From Escherichia phage EP01: a DNA stretch of 64,000 nt. Position numbers and translations under genes: made by a program. Shown piece by piece: positions 47,601 to 58,059 of this stretch (position 1 is the stretch's first letter; each line of letters begins with the position of its first letter). The stretch lies in the sequence record OM135583.1. The stretch is one strand, 5' to 3'. The notes under the pieces are model-generated. The model was given only the letters and a program-made list of their open reading frames with translations, had not been told where the DNA came from and did not search any database.

Positions 47601-47825
47601 TTATATAACTCTCATATGCATATCAATGCCCATATCTTTAGAATAAAAATATTCATCAAGATATCCGGCAAATTTTCCTTTAATATAAAGTACATCTTCA
47701 CCGCATGGGTGGTCGGCCAGGATACGAATATCCTGACGCTTGAGATTATACTTTTTCATTAAGAATTGAATTTCCGTTTCGAATTCTTCTTCATAATTAA
47801 AAGCATCATCAATGCTATATTTCAT
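47601..47825 (-). CDS. hypothetical protein downstream of uvsY (uvsY.-1 position)
   Basis: 74 aa; start overlaps uvsY stop. Confidence 0.6.
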   Translation of the reverse strand: MKYSIDDAFNYEEEFETEIQFLMKKYNLKRQDIRILADHPCGEDVLYIKGKFAGYLDEYFYSKDMGIDMHMRVI

Positions 47826-48238
47826 TATTTTCCAGCCTCAAATGCTCGCATGTCTTGAATATGCTTAATAGCAAATCCACGTGATTTAATAGCATCAAGA
47901 GCTCCGCTACAGAAATCCAATAAAATTCCCCAATATTGTAATGAAGTATCAACTTTTAAAACATCCTTATCAGCTGATAGAACTGTCTTCATTTCTGATT
48001 TCTCATAACGGTCCATACTAAATTCATCACCATCTCCTCGTCCCGAGTAGTAGTCTAATTTAGCTTTAAGAGCAACTTTTTTCTGTGCATCAATTCTAAG
48101 CATTTCCTTTTTAATACTTGAATGCTTATTAAGCCATTTACTATATAACATCACATTATTAGCTGCTTCATACTGTAATTTAGTCGAATCTATAAACACA
48201 TCTTTCTTCAATTCTTCTTGAAGATCTTCTAATCTCAT
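47825..48238 (-). CDS. uvsY: UvsY recombination mediator
   Basis: 137 aa; N-terminus MRLEDLQEELKKDVFIDSTKLQYEAANNVMLY matches my recollection of T4 UvsY; MotA-type middle promoter upstream. Confidence 0.95.
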   Translation of the reverse strand: MRLEDLQEELKKDVFIDSTKLQYEAANNVMLYSKWLNKHSSIKKEMLRIDAQKKVALKAKLDYYSGRGDGDEFSMDRYEKSEMKTVLSADKDVLKVDTSLQYWGILLDFCSGALDAIKSRGFAIKHIQDMRAFEAGK

Positions 48239-48268
48239 ATTGTTCTCTATTCAATTGTTATTGGATGG

Positions 48269-48294
48269 ACTTAGATTCATTATACCACGTTTAC
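48269..48294 (-). promoter_or_regulatory. MotA-dependent middle promoter for uvsY
   Basis: Minus-strand reading AATGCTTCA (MotA box) about 13 nt upstream of TATAAT. Confidence 0.55.
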
Positions 48295-48304
48295 ACGTGA
48301 AGCA

Positions 48305-48703
48305 TTATACTCTATTACTGGAAGCCAGTTGTAGTTTTATCTGTTCAATATCATCAGGGTTATCGATGACCGAAAAGCGTATTTCTACTATCAGAGTATA
48401 ATCATCATAAACTGGTATTACATTAACTGCTAATTTATCAATACGTGGCTCGTAGTTTCTTACTGCGCTTTCGATGTTACGCTCAACTGTATCAGCAGTA
48501 AGAGGAGTCATATTCTCAAAAAGTTGATCAGATAAATCACATCCAAATTCTGGGTCAAAAGGTCTCGACCCCTTTCTGGTTGTAATAATTCCTAAAAGAC
48601 TGTTTTTAATTGACCTTAATCCAAGAGATCTGGAAACGTCTTTGTCCCAATCCATTTTCATTTCTGGGTCAATGTCAGAATAAAGCTTATTAATATTTGC
48701 CAT
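48305..48703 (-). CDS. 25: baseplate wedge protein gp25
   Basis: 132 aa; overlaps gene 26 stop; synteny. Confidence 0.9.
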   Translation of the reverse strand: MANINKLYSDIDPEMKMDWDKDVSRSLGLRSIKNSLLGIITTRKGSRPFDPEFGCDLSDQLFENMTPLTADTVERNIESAVRNYEPRIDKLAVNVIPVYDDYTLIVEIRFSVIDNPDDIEQIKLQLASSNRV

Positions 48704-49329
48704 TACAATAGCTCAAAGAATTCTTTGAGTCCTCTTATTACATGAGCGTGAGATTTTCCACACTCTGGACATTTAATTGGAACAGCCAAATAAACAGTAG
48801 GCTTTAAAAGCATATCTTTTATAGCTACAATATCTGACTCTGTGATGATAGAATATAAATCTTCCAACTCTTTTTCATTTAAGTCTTCAACTGGAATGCT
48901 TTCACCGTTAGCATGAATCGTTTCTATACATGATACTATCATGTGGGCTATATTTTTATCATCAAAAATTTTAGGGTAATGGAACTTAATTTTAATGTCA
49001 CCCAGTGTATACCAGAGGTCTTCTGGTGCATCTATTTGTGTATGTAATAGATTTATATGGGTTGGTATTTCAGTTCCACAGGTGCACTTCCAGGAGTTTT
49101 CGTGATTAACTTCTCCAAGAGAATGTGCCCATAAATGAATCAGCAGTAGTTCTGATTCTTGGCGGTTTAAATCTTTTGCATTTGTGCAGTCTTTGATTAG
49201 CTTTTTAACAATCTCTTCGACTGAACCGTTCTTTTTAGCAGTAATAAGTTCTAGATATTCTTTAAGAGTAAATGCGCGACAGTTGATTATTTTAGAACCA
49301 ACTCTCACGTCAAATTTGTATTTATACAT
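48703..49329 (-). CDS. 26: baseplate hub protein gp26
   Basis: 208 aa; late promoter immediately upstream; synteny. Confidence 0.88.
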   Translation of the reverse strand: MYKYKFDVRVGSKIINCRAFTLKEYLELITAKKNGSVEEIVKKLIKDCTNAKDLNRQESELLLIHLWAHSLGEVNHENSWKCTCGTEIPTHINLLHTQIDAPEDLWYTLGDIKIKFHYPKIFDDKNIAHMIVSCIETIHANGESIPVEDLNEKELEDLYSIITESDIVAIKDMLLKPTVYLAVPIKCPECGKSHAHVIRGLKEFFELL

Positions 49330-49349
49330 ATTTAGCTCCTTTATTTATC

Positions 49350-49357
49350 ATATTTAT
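49350..49357 (-). promoter_or_regulatory. late promoter TATAAATA (gene 26), overlapping the gene 51 promoter
   Basis: Palindromic TATTTATAAATA; minus-strand box at 49350-49357. Confidence 0.65.
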
Positions 49358-49361
49358 AAAT
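49354..49361 (+). promoter_or_regulatory. late promoter TATAAATA (gene 51)
   Basis: Exact box 19 nt upstream of ATG. Confidence 0.7.
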
Positions 49362-49379
49362 AGAATAAAAGGAGCATCT

Positions 49380-50129
49380 ATGGCAAACATTATTCGTTGT
49401 AAATTACCAGATGGTGTTCATCGTTTTAAACCATTTACGGTAGAAGATTATCGAGATTTTTTGTTAGTTCGAAACGATATAGAACATCGGTCACCACAAG
49501 AACAAAAAGAAATAATTGCTGATTTAATTGCCGATTATTTTGGAGACTATCCGAAGACTTGGCAGCCATTTATATTTTTGCAGGTATTTGTAGGGTCAAT
49601 AGGTAAAACTAAAGTACCGGTCACATTTGTATGTCCAAAATGTAAAAAAGAAAAGACAGTTCCATTTGAAATATATCAAAAAGAACTAAAGGAACCTGTT
49701 TTTGATGTAGCTAATGTTAAAATTAAATTAAAGTTTCCTTCTGAGTTTTATGAAAATAAAGCAAAGATGATTACTGAAAATATTCATTCTGTTCAAGTAG
49801 ATGAAACATGGTATGATTGGAAGGAAATTAGCGAATCAAGTCAAATAGAACTTGTTGACGCCATCGAGATAGAAACATTAGAAAAAATTCTCGATGCAAT
49901 GAATCCTATTAATTTAACATTGCATATGTCGTGTTGTAATAAGTATGTAAAAAAATACACTGATATAGTAGATGTGTTTAAGCTATTAGTTAACCCAGAT
50001 GAGATATTTACTTTTTATCAAATTAATCACACACTCGTAAAAAGTAATTATAGTTTAAATTCAATAATGAAAATGATTCCTGCCGAGCGCGGATTCGTAT
50101 TAAAACTGATTGAGAAGGATAAACAATAA
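49380..50129 (+). CDS. 51: baseplate hub assembly protein gp51
   Basis: 249 aa; late promoter TATAAATA at 49354; divergent from 26. Confidence 0.88.
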   Translation: MANIIRCKLPDGVHRFKPFTVEDYRDFLLVRNDIEHRSPQEQKEIIADLIADYFGDYPKTWQPFIFLQVFVGSIGKTKVPVTFVCPKCKKEKTVPFEIYQKELKEPVFDVANVKIKLKFPSEFYENKAKMITENIHSVQVDETWYDWKEISESSQIELVDAIEIETLEKILDAMNPINLTLHMSCCNKYVKKYTDIVDVFKLLVNPDEIFTFYQINHTLVKSNYSLNSIMKMIPAERGFVLKLIEKDKQ

Positions 50130-51304
50130 TGAGTATGTTGCAACGCCCAGGATATCCAAATCTCAGCGTTAAATTGTTTGATAGCTACGACGCTTGGAGT
50201 AATAATAGATTTGTTGAATTAGCTGCTACTATTACCACATTAACTATGCGGGATTCTCTTTATGGCCGAAATGAAGGAATGCTGCAGTTTTATGATTCTA
50301 AAAATATCCATACAAAAATGGATGGAAATGAAATAATTCAGATTTCTGTAGCTAATGCAAACGATATTAATAATGTTAAAACAAGAATTTATGGATGTAA
50401 GCATTTTTCAGTGTCAGTAGATTCAAAAGGTGATAACATCATTGCTATTGAATTGGGAACTATTCATTCTATAGAAAATCTTAAATTTGGCAGACCGTTT
50501 TTCCCTGATGCAGGTGAATCTATAAAAGAAATGCTTGGCGTCATTTATCAAGACCGTACGCTATTGACTCCACCTATAAATGCTATAAATGCTTATGTTC
50601 CTGATATTCCGTGGACTAGTACATTTGAAAACTATTTGTCATATGTCAGAGAAGTTGCTCTAGCTGTAGGAAGTGACAAATTTGTGTTTGTGTGGCAAGA
50701 CATCATGGGAGTTAACATGATGGACTATGATATGATGATAAATCAAGAACCGTATCCAATGATTGTCGGTGAGCCATCTTTAATAGGTCAATTCATCCAA
50801 GAATTAAAATATCCATTAGCGTATGATTTCGTTTGGTTGACTAAATCGAATCCTCACAAACGCGACCCAATGAAAAACGCTACTATCTATGCTCATTCAT
50901 TTTTGGATTCTTCATTGCCAATGATTACTACAGGAAAAGGCGAAAACTCTATTGTAGTGTCAAGGTCAGGTGCTTATTCTGAAATGACTTATAGGAATGG
51001 ATATGAAGAGGCTATTCGTCTTCAAACTATGGCACAATACGATGGCTATGCTAAATGTTCTACTGTCGGTAATTTTAACTTGACACCTGGCGTTAAAATT
51101 ATTTTTAATGATAGTAAAAACCAATTTAAAACAGAATTTTACGTTGATGAAGTTATCCACGAATTATCCAATAATAATTCAGTAACTCATCTATATATGT
51201 TCACTAATGCAACGAAACTGGAAACAATAGACCCAGTTAAGGTTAAAAATGAATTTAAATCTGATACTACCACTGAAGAAAGTAGTTCTTCCAATAAGCA
51301 ATAA
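50129..51304 (+). CDS. 27: baseplate hub protein gp27
   Basis: 391 aa; synteny. Confidence 0.92.
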   Translation: MSMLQRPGYPNLSVKLFDSYDAWSNNRFVELAATITTLTMRDSLYGRNEGMLQFYDSKNIHTKMDGNEIIQISVANANDINNVKTRIYGCKHFSVSVDSKGDNIIAIELGTIHSIENLKFGRPFFPDAGESIKEMLGVIYQDRTLLTPPINAINAYVPDIPWTSTFENYLSYVREVALAVGSDKFVFVWQDIMGVNMMDYDMMINQEPYPMIVGEPSLIGQFIQELKYPLAYDFVWLTKSNPHKRDPMKNATIYAHSFLDSSLPMITTGKGENSIVVSRSGAYSEMTYRNGYEEAIRLQTMAQYDGYAKCSTVGNFNLTPGVKIIFNDSKNQFKTEFYVDEVIHELSNNNSVTHLYMFTNATKLETIDPVKVKNEFKSDTTTEESSSSNKQ

Positions 51305-51782
51305 AGAAGTTTCTATTCCTAAAATGGGTCTTAAACATTATAACATTTTAAAAGATGTTAAAGGTCCTGATGAAAATTTAAAACTTCTTATTGATTCTAT
51401 TTGTCCGAATTTATCACCGGCAGAAGTTGATTTCGTTTCTATTCATTTATTGGAATTTAATGGAAAGATTAAATCTCGTAAAGAAATAGATGGTTATACT
51501 TATGACATTAATGATGTTTATGTATGCCAAAGATTGGAATTTCAATACCAAGGAAATACATTTTATTTTAGACCGCCTGGAAAATTTGAACAATTTTCAA
51601 CTGTGAGCGATATGTTATCCAAATGCTTGCTTAAGGTCAATGATGAAGTTAAAGAAATTAATTTTCTTGAGATGCCAGCATTCGTTTTAAAATGGGCAAA
51701 TGATATTTTTACAACTTTAGCAATTCCTGGCCCTAATGGTCCAATAACCGGAATTGGCAATATTATTGGATTATTTGAATGA
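51249..51782 (+). CDS. 28: baseplate hub distal protein gp28
   Basis: 177 aa; 5' end overlaps gene 27. Confidence 0.8.
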   Translation: MNLNLILPLKKVVLPISNKEVSIPKMGLKHYNILKDVKGPDENLKLLIDSICPNLSPAEVDFVSIHLLEFNGKIKSRKEIDGYTYDINDVYVCQRLEFQYQGNTFYFRPPGKFEQFSTVSDMLSKCLLKVNDEVKEINFLEMPAFVLKWANDIFTTLAIPGPNGPITGIGNIIGLFE

Positions 51783-53551
51783 AAAAGCCACAAGAAATGC
51801 AAACGATGCGTAGAAAAGTTATTTCAGATAATAAACCAACACAGGAAGCGGCTAAATCCGCTTCTAACACTTTATCTGGACTTAACGATATATCTACGAA
51901 ATTGGATGATGCTCAAGCTGCTTCTGAATTAATTGCTCAAACTGTCGAAGAAAAATCGAATGAAATAATTGGAGCAATTGACAGTGTAGAAAGCGCAGTG
52001 AGTGATACTACTGCTGGTTCTGAGTTAATTGCTGAAACTGTCGAAATTGGCAATAATATTAATAAAGAAATCGGTGAATCACTCGGGAGCAAATTAGATA
52101 AATTAACAAGTTTACTAGAGCAAAAAATTCAGACAGCTGGAATTCAACAGACTGGAACTAGTTTAGCCACAGTTGAAAGCGCTATTCCTGTTAAAGTTGT
52201 TGAGGACGATACAGCTGAATCTGTGGGTCCTTTATTACCAGCTCCTGAAGCAGTTAATAATGATCCTGATGCTGATTTTTTCCCTACCCCTCAGCCAGTT
52301 GAGCCCAAACAAGAATCGCCAGAAGAAAAACAGAAAAAAGACGCATTTAACTTAAAATTATCTCAAGCTTTAGATAAATTAACGAAGACTGTTGATTTTG
52401 GATTTAAGAAATCCATTTCAATTACTGATAAAATATCAAGCATGCTATTTAAGTATACCGTCAGTGCTGCTATTGAAGCTGCTAAAATGACTGCAATGAT
52501 ATTGGCTGTTGTTGTCGGAATAGACCTGCTGATGGTTCACTTTAAATATTGGTCAGATAAATTTTCACAGGCTTGGGATTTGTTCAGTACAGACTTTACT
52601 AAATTCTCTAGCGAAACCGGAACATGGGGTCCTTTATTACAGAGCATCTTTAGTTCTATTGATGAAATTAAAAAATTCTGGGAAGAGGGAGATTGGGGCG
52701 GTTTGACGGTAGCTATTGTAGAAGGGCTTGGAAAGGTTCTTTATAATTTAGGAGAACTTATTCAATTAGGTATGGCTAAATTATCTGCGGCAATTCTTCG
52801 AGTCATTCCTGGTATGAAGGATACTGCTGATGAAGTAGAAGGAAGAGCACTAGAAAATTTCCAAAATTCTACTGGAGCATCTCTCAATAAAGAAGACCAG
52901 GAAAAAGTTGCAAATTATCAAGATAAACGAATGAACGGAGACCTTGGTCCGATAGCAAAAGGATTAGATAAAATTGCTAATTGGAAAACTCGTGCATCTA
53001 ACTGGATTCGTGGCGTTGATAATAAAGAAGCACTAACTACCGACGAAGAACGTGCAGCGGAAGAAGAAAAATTAAAGCAACTTTCACCTGAAGAAAGAAA
53101 AAATGCTTTAATGAAGGCTAATGAAGCCCGTGCCGCAATGATTCGCTTTGAAAAATATGCTGATTCAGCTGATATGAGTAAAGACTCAACGGTTAAATCA
53201 GTTGAAGCTGCCTATGAAGACCTTAAAAAACGGATGGATGACCCGGATTTAAATAATTCACCGGCAGTTAAAAAAGAACTTGCTGCTAGATTTTCTAAAA
53301 TTGATGCTACTTATCAAGAGCTCAAGAAAAATCAGCCTAATGCCAAACCTGAAACTTCTGCTAAATCGCCAGAAGCAAAACAAGTCCAGGTAATAGAAAA
53401 GAACAAAGCACAGCAAGCTCCTGTTCAACAAGCATCTCCTTCGATCAATAATACTAATAATGTTGTTAAGAAAAATACTGTCGTTCATAATATGACACCC
53501 GTAACGAGCACGACTGCTCCTGGTGTATTTGATGCGACTGGAGTTAATTAA
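51779..53551 (+). CDS. 29: tail tape-measure / baseplate hub protein gp29
   Basis: 590 aa; long helical regions; synteny. Confidence 0.92.
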   Translation: MKKPQEMQTMRRKVISDNKPTQEAAKSASNTLSGLNDISTKLDDAQAASELIAQTVEEKSNEIIGAIDSVESAVSDTTAGSELIAETVEIGNNINKEIGESLGSKLDKLTSLLEQKIQTAGIQQTGTSLATVESAIPVKVVEDDTAESVGPLLPAPEAVNNDPDADFFPTPQPVEPKQESPEEKQKKDAFNLKLSQALDKLTKTVDFGFKKSISITDKISSMLFKYTVSAAIEAAKMTAMILAVVVGIDLLMVHFKYWSDKFSQAWDLFSTDFTKFSSETGTWGPLLQSIFSSIDEIKKFWEEGDWGGLTVAIVEGLGKVLYNLGELIQLGMAKLSAAILRVIPGMKDTADEVEGRALENFQNSTGASLNKEDQEKVANYQDKRMNGDLGPIAKGLDKIANWKTRASNWIRGVDNKEALTTDEERAAEEEKLKQLSPEERKNALMKANEARAAMIRFEKYADSADMSKDSTVKSVEAAYEDLKKRMDDPDLNNSPAVKKELAARFSKIDATYQELKKNQPNAKPETSAKSPEAKQVQVIEKNKAQQAPVQQASPSINNTNNVVKKNTVVHNMTPVTSTTAPGVFDATGVN

Positions 53552-53559
53552 GGAATAAT

Positions 53560-54654
53560 ATGGCAATTGTTAAAGAAATAACTGCTGATTTAATTAAAAA
53601 GTCCGGTGAGAAAATTTCAGCCGGACAGAGTACTAAATCAGAAGTAGCAACTAAAACATACACTGCCCAGTTTCCAACTGGGCGTGCTAGTGGTAATGAC
53701 ACTACAGGGGACTTCCAGGTAACAGATCTATATAAGAATGGATTATTATTTACTGCATACAATATGTCATCTAGGGATTCTGGAAGTCTTAGATCGATGA
53801 GATCTAACTACTCTTCTTCATCTTCGAGTATTTTACGTACAGCCAGAAACACTATTAGTAGTACAGTATCAAAACTATCAAATGGATTAATATCAGATAA
53901 TAATTCAGGAACAATAAGTAAAGCACCTGTTGCAAATATTCTTTTACCAAGATCTAAATCCGATGTTGATACATCATCACATAGATTTAATGATGTTCAA
54001 GAAAGTCTTATCAGCAGAGGTGGAGGTACTGCCACTGGTGTGCTAAGTAATATTGCTTCAACTGCAGTATTTGGTGCGCTAGAAAGTATAACGCAAGGTA
54101 TAATGGCTGATAATAATGAACAGATTTATACGACAGCCAGAAGTATGTATGGTGGTGCTGAAAATAGAACTAAAGTGTTTACATGGGATTTGACTCCACG
54201 TTCAACAGAAGATTTGATGGCTATTATTAATATCTATCAATATTTTAACTATTTTTCTTATGGTGAAACGGGCAAATCTCAATATGCTGCTGAAATAAAG
54301 GGGTATTTAGATGATTGGTATCGTTCTACATTAATTGAACCTTTATCTCCGGAAGACGCGGCTAAAAATAAAACACTATTTGAGAAAATGACATCGAGTT
54401 TAACTAACGTTCTAGTAGTTTCAAACCCGACAATTTGGATGGTGAAAAACTTTGGTGCAACATCTAAGTTTGATGGAAAAACGGAAATATTTGGCCCATG
54501 CCAAATACAAAGCATCAGATTTGATAAAACACCTAATGGTAACTTTAACGGATTAGCTATTGCTCCAAACCTCCCTAGTACATTTACTCTTGAGATTACT
54601 ATGAGAGAAATTATCACGTTAAACCGTGCTTCTTTATATGCGGGGACTTTTTAA
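53560..54654 (+). CDS. 48: baseplate-tail tube junction protein gp48
   Basis: 364 aa; synteny. Confidence 0.9.
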   Translation: MAIVKEITADLIKKSGEKISAGQSTKSEVATKTYTAQFPTGRASGNDTTGDFQVTDLYKNGLLFTAYNMSSRDSGSLRSMRSNYSSSSSSILRTARNTISSTVSKLSNGLISDNNSGTISKAPVANILLPRSKSDVDTSSHRFNDVQESLISRGGGTATGVLSNIASTAVFGALESITQGIMADNNEQIYTTARSMYGGAENRTKVFTWDLTPRSTEDLMAIINIYQYFNYFSYGETGKSQYAAEIKGYLDDWYRSTLIEPLSPEDAAKNKTLFEKMTSSLTNVLVVSNPTIWMVKNFGATSKFDGKTEIFGPCQIQSIRFDKTPNGNFNGLAIAPNLPSTFTLEITMREIITLNRASLYAGTF

Positions 54655-55619
54655 TGTATTCTTTAGAGGAATTTAATAATCAAGCAATAAACGCAGATTT
54701 CCAACGTAATAATATGTTTAGCTGCGTTTTTGCGACAACTCCATCAACTAAAAGCTCTTCGTTGATAAGTTCAATTAGCAACTTTTCTTATAATAACTTG
54801 GGCCTAAATTCAGATTGGTTAGGATTAACTCAAGGCGATATTAATCAGGGAATTACCACGCTAATTACTGCTGGCACACAAAAACTGATAAGAAAATCAG
54901 GGGTTAGTAAATATCTTATTGGTGCCATGAGTCAACGTACAGTTCAAAGTTTATTGGGCTCATTTACAGTTGGTACATATTTAATTGACTTCTTTAACAT
55001 GGCATATAACTCATCTGGATTGATGATATATTCTGTAAAAATGCCAGAGAATAGATTATCCTATGAAACTGACTGGAACTATAATTCTCCTAATATTCGT
55101 ATAACTGGGAGAGAATTAGACCCTTTGGTTATTTCATTTAGAATGGATTCAGAAGCATGTAATTATCGTGCAATGCAAGACTGGGTTAACGCTGTTCAAG
55201 ACCCAGTAACTGGATTGCGTGCTTTGCCACAAGATGTCGAGGCAGATATTCAGGTTAATCTTCATGCTCGTAATGGATTACCTCATACTGCGGTGATGTT
55301 CACTGGATGCATTCCAGTGTCAGTGAGCGCTCCTGAGTTATCATATGATGGAGATAACCAAATAACTACATTTGATGTTACTTTTGCGTATAGAGTCATG
55401 CAGGCTGGATCGGTTGATAGACAAGCTGCGCTTGAGTGGCTTGAATCTGCTGCTATAAACGGTATTCAAAGCGTTCTCGGAAATAGTGGAGGTGTTACTG
55501 GACTATCTAATTCGCTTTCACGACTTAGTAGATTAGGAGGAACTGCGGGAAGCATTTCAAACATTAATACTATGACGGGAATTGTCAACTCGCAAAGTAA
55601 AATATTAGGAGCAATATAA
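54654..55619 (+). CDS. 54: baseplate-tail tube initiator gp54
   Basis: 321 aa; synteny; terminator downstream. Confidence 0.9.
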   Translation: MYSLEEFNNQAINADFQRNNMFSCVFATTPSTKSSSLISSISNFSYNNLGLNSDWLGLTQGDINQGITTLITAGTQKLIRKSGVSKYLIGAMSQRTVQSLLGSFTVGTYLIDFFNMAYNSSGLMIYSVKMPENRLSYETDWNYNSPNIRITGRELDPLVISFRMDSEACNYRAMQDWVNAVQDPVTGLRALPQDVEADIQVNLHARNGLPHTAVMFTGCIPVSVSAPELSYDGDNQITTFDVTFAYRVMQAGSVDRQAALEWLESAAINGIQSVLGNSGGVTGLSNSLSRLSRLGGTAGSISNINTMTGIVNSQSKILGAI

Positions 55620-55623
55620 CAAT

Positions 55624-55652
55624 GGGGACCTTTCGGTCCCCATATTTTTATT
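55624..55652. terminator. bidirectional terminator after gene 54
   Basis: GGGGACC-TTTC-GGTCCCC followed by ATATTTTTATTT. Confidence 0.7.
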
Positions 55653-55938
55653 TACGGAATGAAATAAAAGCAGCAACTGAAGCAACTAAACTGTCTTCAA
55701 TATAAACTTCAATTTTTACCGGAGCTTCTGATTCAAATTTACCTGTTACTACACCATGGAAAATGCTTTCAGTCTGTTCTGGCTTTGAAAAATTTTCAGA
55801 AGGAAAAATTCCGAACTTTTTATCTGTTCCAAAAATTTTGATAAATTCATCGTAAACTGCTTCATTAAAAGCGTTATCAGCAGGAATAACGCCTTCAACT
55901 ACAAGTTCTTGACCTAAAAAGCGTAAAGAAGATTTCAT
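55648..55938 (-). CDS. hypothetical protein downstream of alt genes
   Basis: 96 aa ORF. Confidence 0.55.
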   Translation of the reverse strand: MKSSLRFLGQELVVEGVIPADNAFNEAVYDEFIKIFGTDKKFGIFPSENFSKPEQTESIFHGVVTGKFESEAPVKIEVYIEDSLVASVAAFISFRK

Positions 55939-55998
55939 TTTGTGTTCCTCATGTTATGTCAGTAAGATTATTATAACACAACACGAGGGACTTGTAAA

Positions 55999-58056
55999 CT
56001 ACATTTTGAACTTTTTAGACATTCCGTTGATGTTAATCAAAGAAGCCAAGATTTGAGAAACTTCGTTTTCCTCTTCTTTTGATTCTTCTACAAGGAATTG
56101 ATTAAATCCAGCCATTGGACGAACTTCACCAGTTTCCATCAGGTGGTCGCCATCATATACCGATTCTTCTAATTGTTCAGAAGGAGGAACGATTGTGCCT
56201 TCGATTAGATACTTGTTATAAGCAGTTTCTTTCATCATGTACGTACTCACTTTATTAATCTTCAGCAAAATTCCACGTGGTAAAATAACTTCAGCTTCTG
56301 ATGGAAATCCTGATAAATGACCCGGAACGATAACTTTGATTCGCTCAGCTCCTTTAATTACCATACCCACGCTAGTTTCAGCATCTTCATTCGCATAAGC
56401 AGAGTGACTGCCCATATGCATCAAATCTTCTGCGTCAACTGAACCTTCTCCTTCACCAGAAAATACTGCACCGGAATCATCTAGAGCCATATAGTTTTTA
56501 CCATACTCACCGAAGATATTTGGTTTAAGCGATGTTGATACGAAGTTCTTGAAATAGAACATTCTATTTTCAATATTATGACGTAAAGTTTTAAAGGTAA
56601 CTTCTTGTCCACGGTAAAGTGTAGTTCCTGGAGGAAGAACTGATCCTTTGGCAAAGGCAGAATCCATTGTCTCGATGTGTTTAATAGCTCGTTCCATATA
56701 TTCTTCACGGGTAGAATCTGGTTTACCTAAAAGGAACGAGTTCATTTCAACATATGAATCTGCACAATAATCTTCAATTACATCAGACTCAGCCTGAGTT
56801 AATCCTTTTGGGGGTACTTCAGTACTTGCATATTCATACGCTTGAGAAGCAGACTCATTAATCAATTTATAAATGCCATTCATGACAAATTGAACAATAG
56901 CTACCTTTTCATCTGGCGTGGCTTTAGAACCTTTAACTAAATCATTGACGATTTTCTTAATAACATCAAAGCTATTAGAAATATTAATGTCAGCAAGATC
57001 GCTTAAAATTTTATCAGTTTTATAATCAAAAAATTCTTTATTCTTTAAATATTCTTGAGAACCTTGATATGTTATATCGCTCTGTAACTTGATAGATGGA
57101 TCACGTAAACGTGCATGAGCCAATGCAATATGATTTCGGAAGCTTTCTAGTTCATAATCATTAGATTTAAAACGAGAAGCACTTCTCATACCACCGATAG
57201 CTCCTTTGCTGAAGTTTGAACCAACCTGAATAACGCCAGAGTTCATTGGTCCTTCTGCTTTATATACTGGAACTTTAGATTCAAACTCTTGATATTTCTT
57301 AGCAGCGAAGCTATCACCCTGAAGTGAAGCATCGACAGTAGAATATTGAGCTTGTGCTGCTAATCGACGACTAATTTTAGTTTTCTGAATTACAGCTTGA
57401 TCCGTGCGCTTATCATTTTCTAAAGCAATAGAAGCAGCAACAGCAACAGCTTTAGGAACAGCATTACCTGTTTTAACGTCTACATAAACATCACCAACCT
57501 TTGATTCAACTTTTGTGAATAACTCAGTTGAAATAGGAGGTACACCTGGAATGTCTTCTAAATTGGCATTTTTACGGTAAACCATAATATATGCATATTT
57601 CTTATCATAGTCCCAGATTTCCTTTAAAAGAACATATCGACCTGCTCCTTTAGTACGCACTAAACGGTCGGCAATAACTTGCATTTGACGAGCAGCGCCA
57701 TTTGTTTTACTCTTTAATACGCGGAATAGGCATGCGTCAATTTTGTACTGTTTCATTGTTTGAAGAGCAGTATCAAAAACCGCATTAATGACACCAATTG
57801 GATTTCCACCCAAGTTTTTAAGTTTAACTAATGATAGTTTCTCGTTGACACCTATCATTACGATATGCATCATTTTATCGCCTGGCTTAACGTTTTTATT
57901 TGTATCACCACCAGAGGTGTATGTACAAAATCTAAATCCAGGAAGCACGCTTTCTTCACCGGCTTGAATAGCAAAAATTTGAGGTATTTTATGCTTAGGA
58001 TTTAAGTTAACAACCGGCGCCGAAGCGCCGTCAAATAATTCTGTAATAAGTTCCAT
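55999..58056 (-). CDS. Alt-family ADP-ribosyltransferase paralog
   Basis: 685 aa; first ~230 residues closely parallel the upstream alt gene (MELITELFD..., KMMHIV, QYKIDAC, RYVLLKE.WDYDKKYAYI); C-terminal R...STS...E-x-E motifs (YRGQE, FVSTSL, SEAEVILPRG). Confidence 0.8.
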   Translation of the reverse strand: MELITELFDGASAPVVNLNPKHKIPQIFAIQAGEESVLPGFRFCTYTSGGDTNKNVKPGDKMMHIVMIGVNEKLSLVKLKNLGGNPIGVINAVFDTALQTMKQYKIDACLFRVLKSKTNGAARQMQVIADRLVRTKGAGRYVLLKEIWDYDKKYAYIMVYRKNANLEDIPGVPPISTELFTKVESKVGDVYVDVKTGNAVPKAVAVAASIALENDKRTDQAVIQKTKISRRLAAQAQYSTVDASLQGDSFAAKKYQEFESKVPVYKAEGPMNSGVIQVGSNFSKGAIGGMRSASRFKSNDYELESFRNHIALAHARLRDPSIKLQSDITYQGSQEYLKNKEFFDYKTDKILSDLADINISNSFDVIKKIVNDLVKGSKATPDEKVAIVQFVMNGIYKLINESASQAYEYASTEVPPKGLTQAESDVIEDYCADSYVEMNSFLLGKPDSTREEYMERAIKHIETMDSAFAKGSVLPPGTTLYRGQEVTFKTLRHNIENRMFYFKNFVSTSLKPNIFGEYGKNYMALDDSGAVFSGEGEGSVDAEDLMHMGSHSAYANEDAETSVGMVIKGAERIKVIVPGHLSGFPSEAEVILPRGILLKINKVSTYMMKETAYNKYLIEGTIVPPSEQLEESVYDGDHLMETGEVRPMAGFNQFLVEESKEEENEVSQILASLININGMSKKFKM

Positions 58057-58059
58057 GAT

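Noticed and set aside
47505-47762. 85-aa plus-strand ORF overlapping the uvsY-downstream gene
   Set aside because: The minus-strand 74-aa ORF (47601-47825) is translationally coupled to uvsY and fits the operon; the plus ORF has no promoter or ribosome-binding site.
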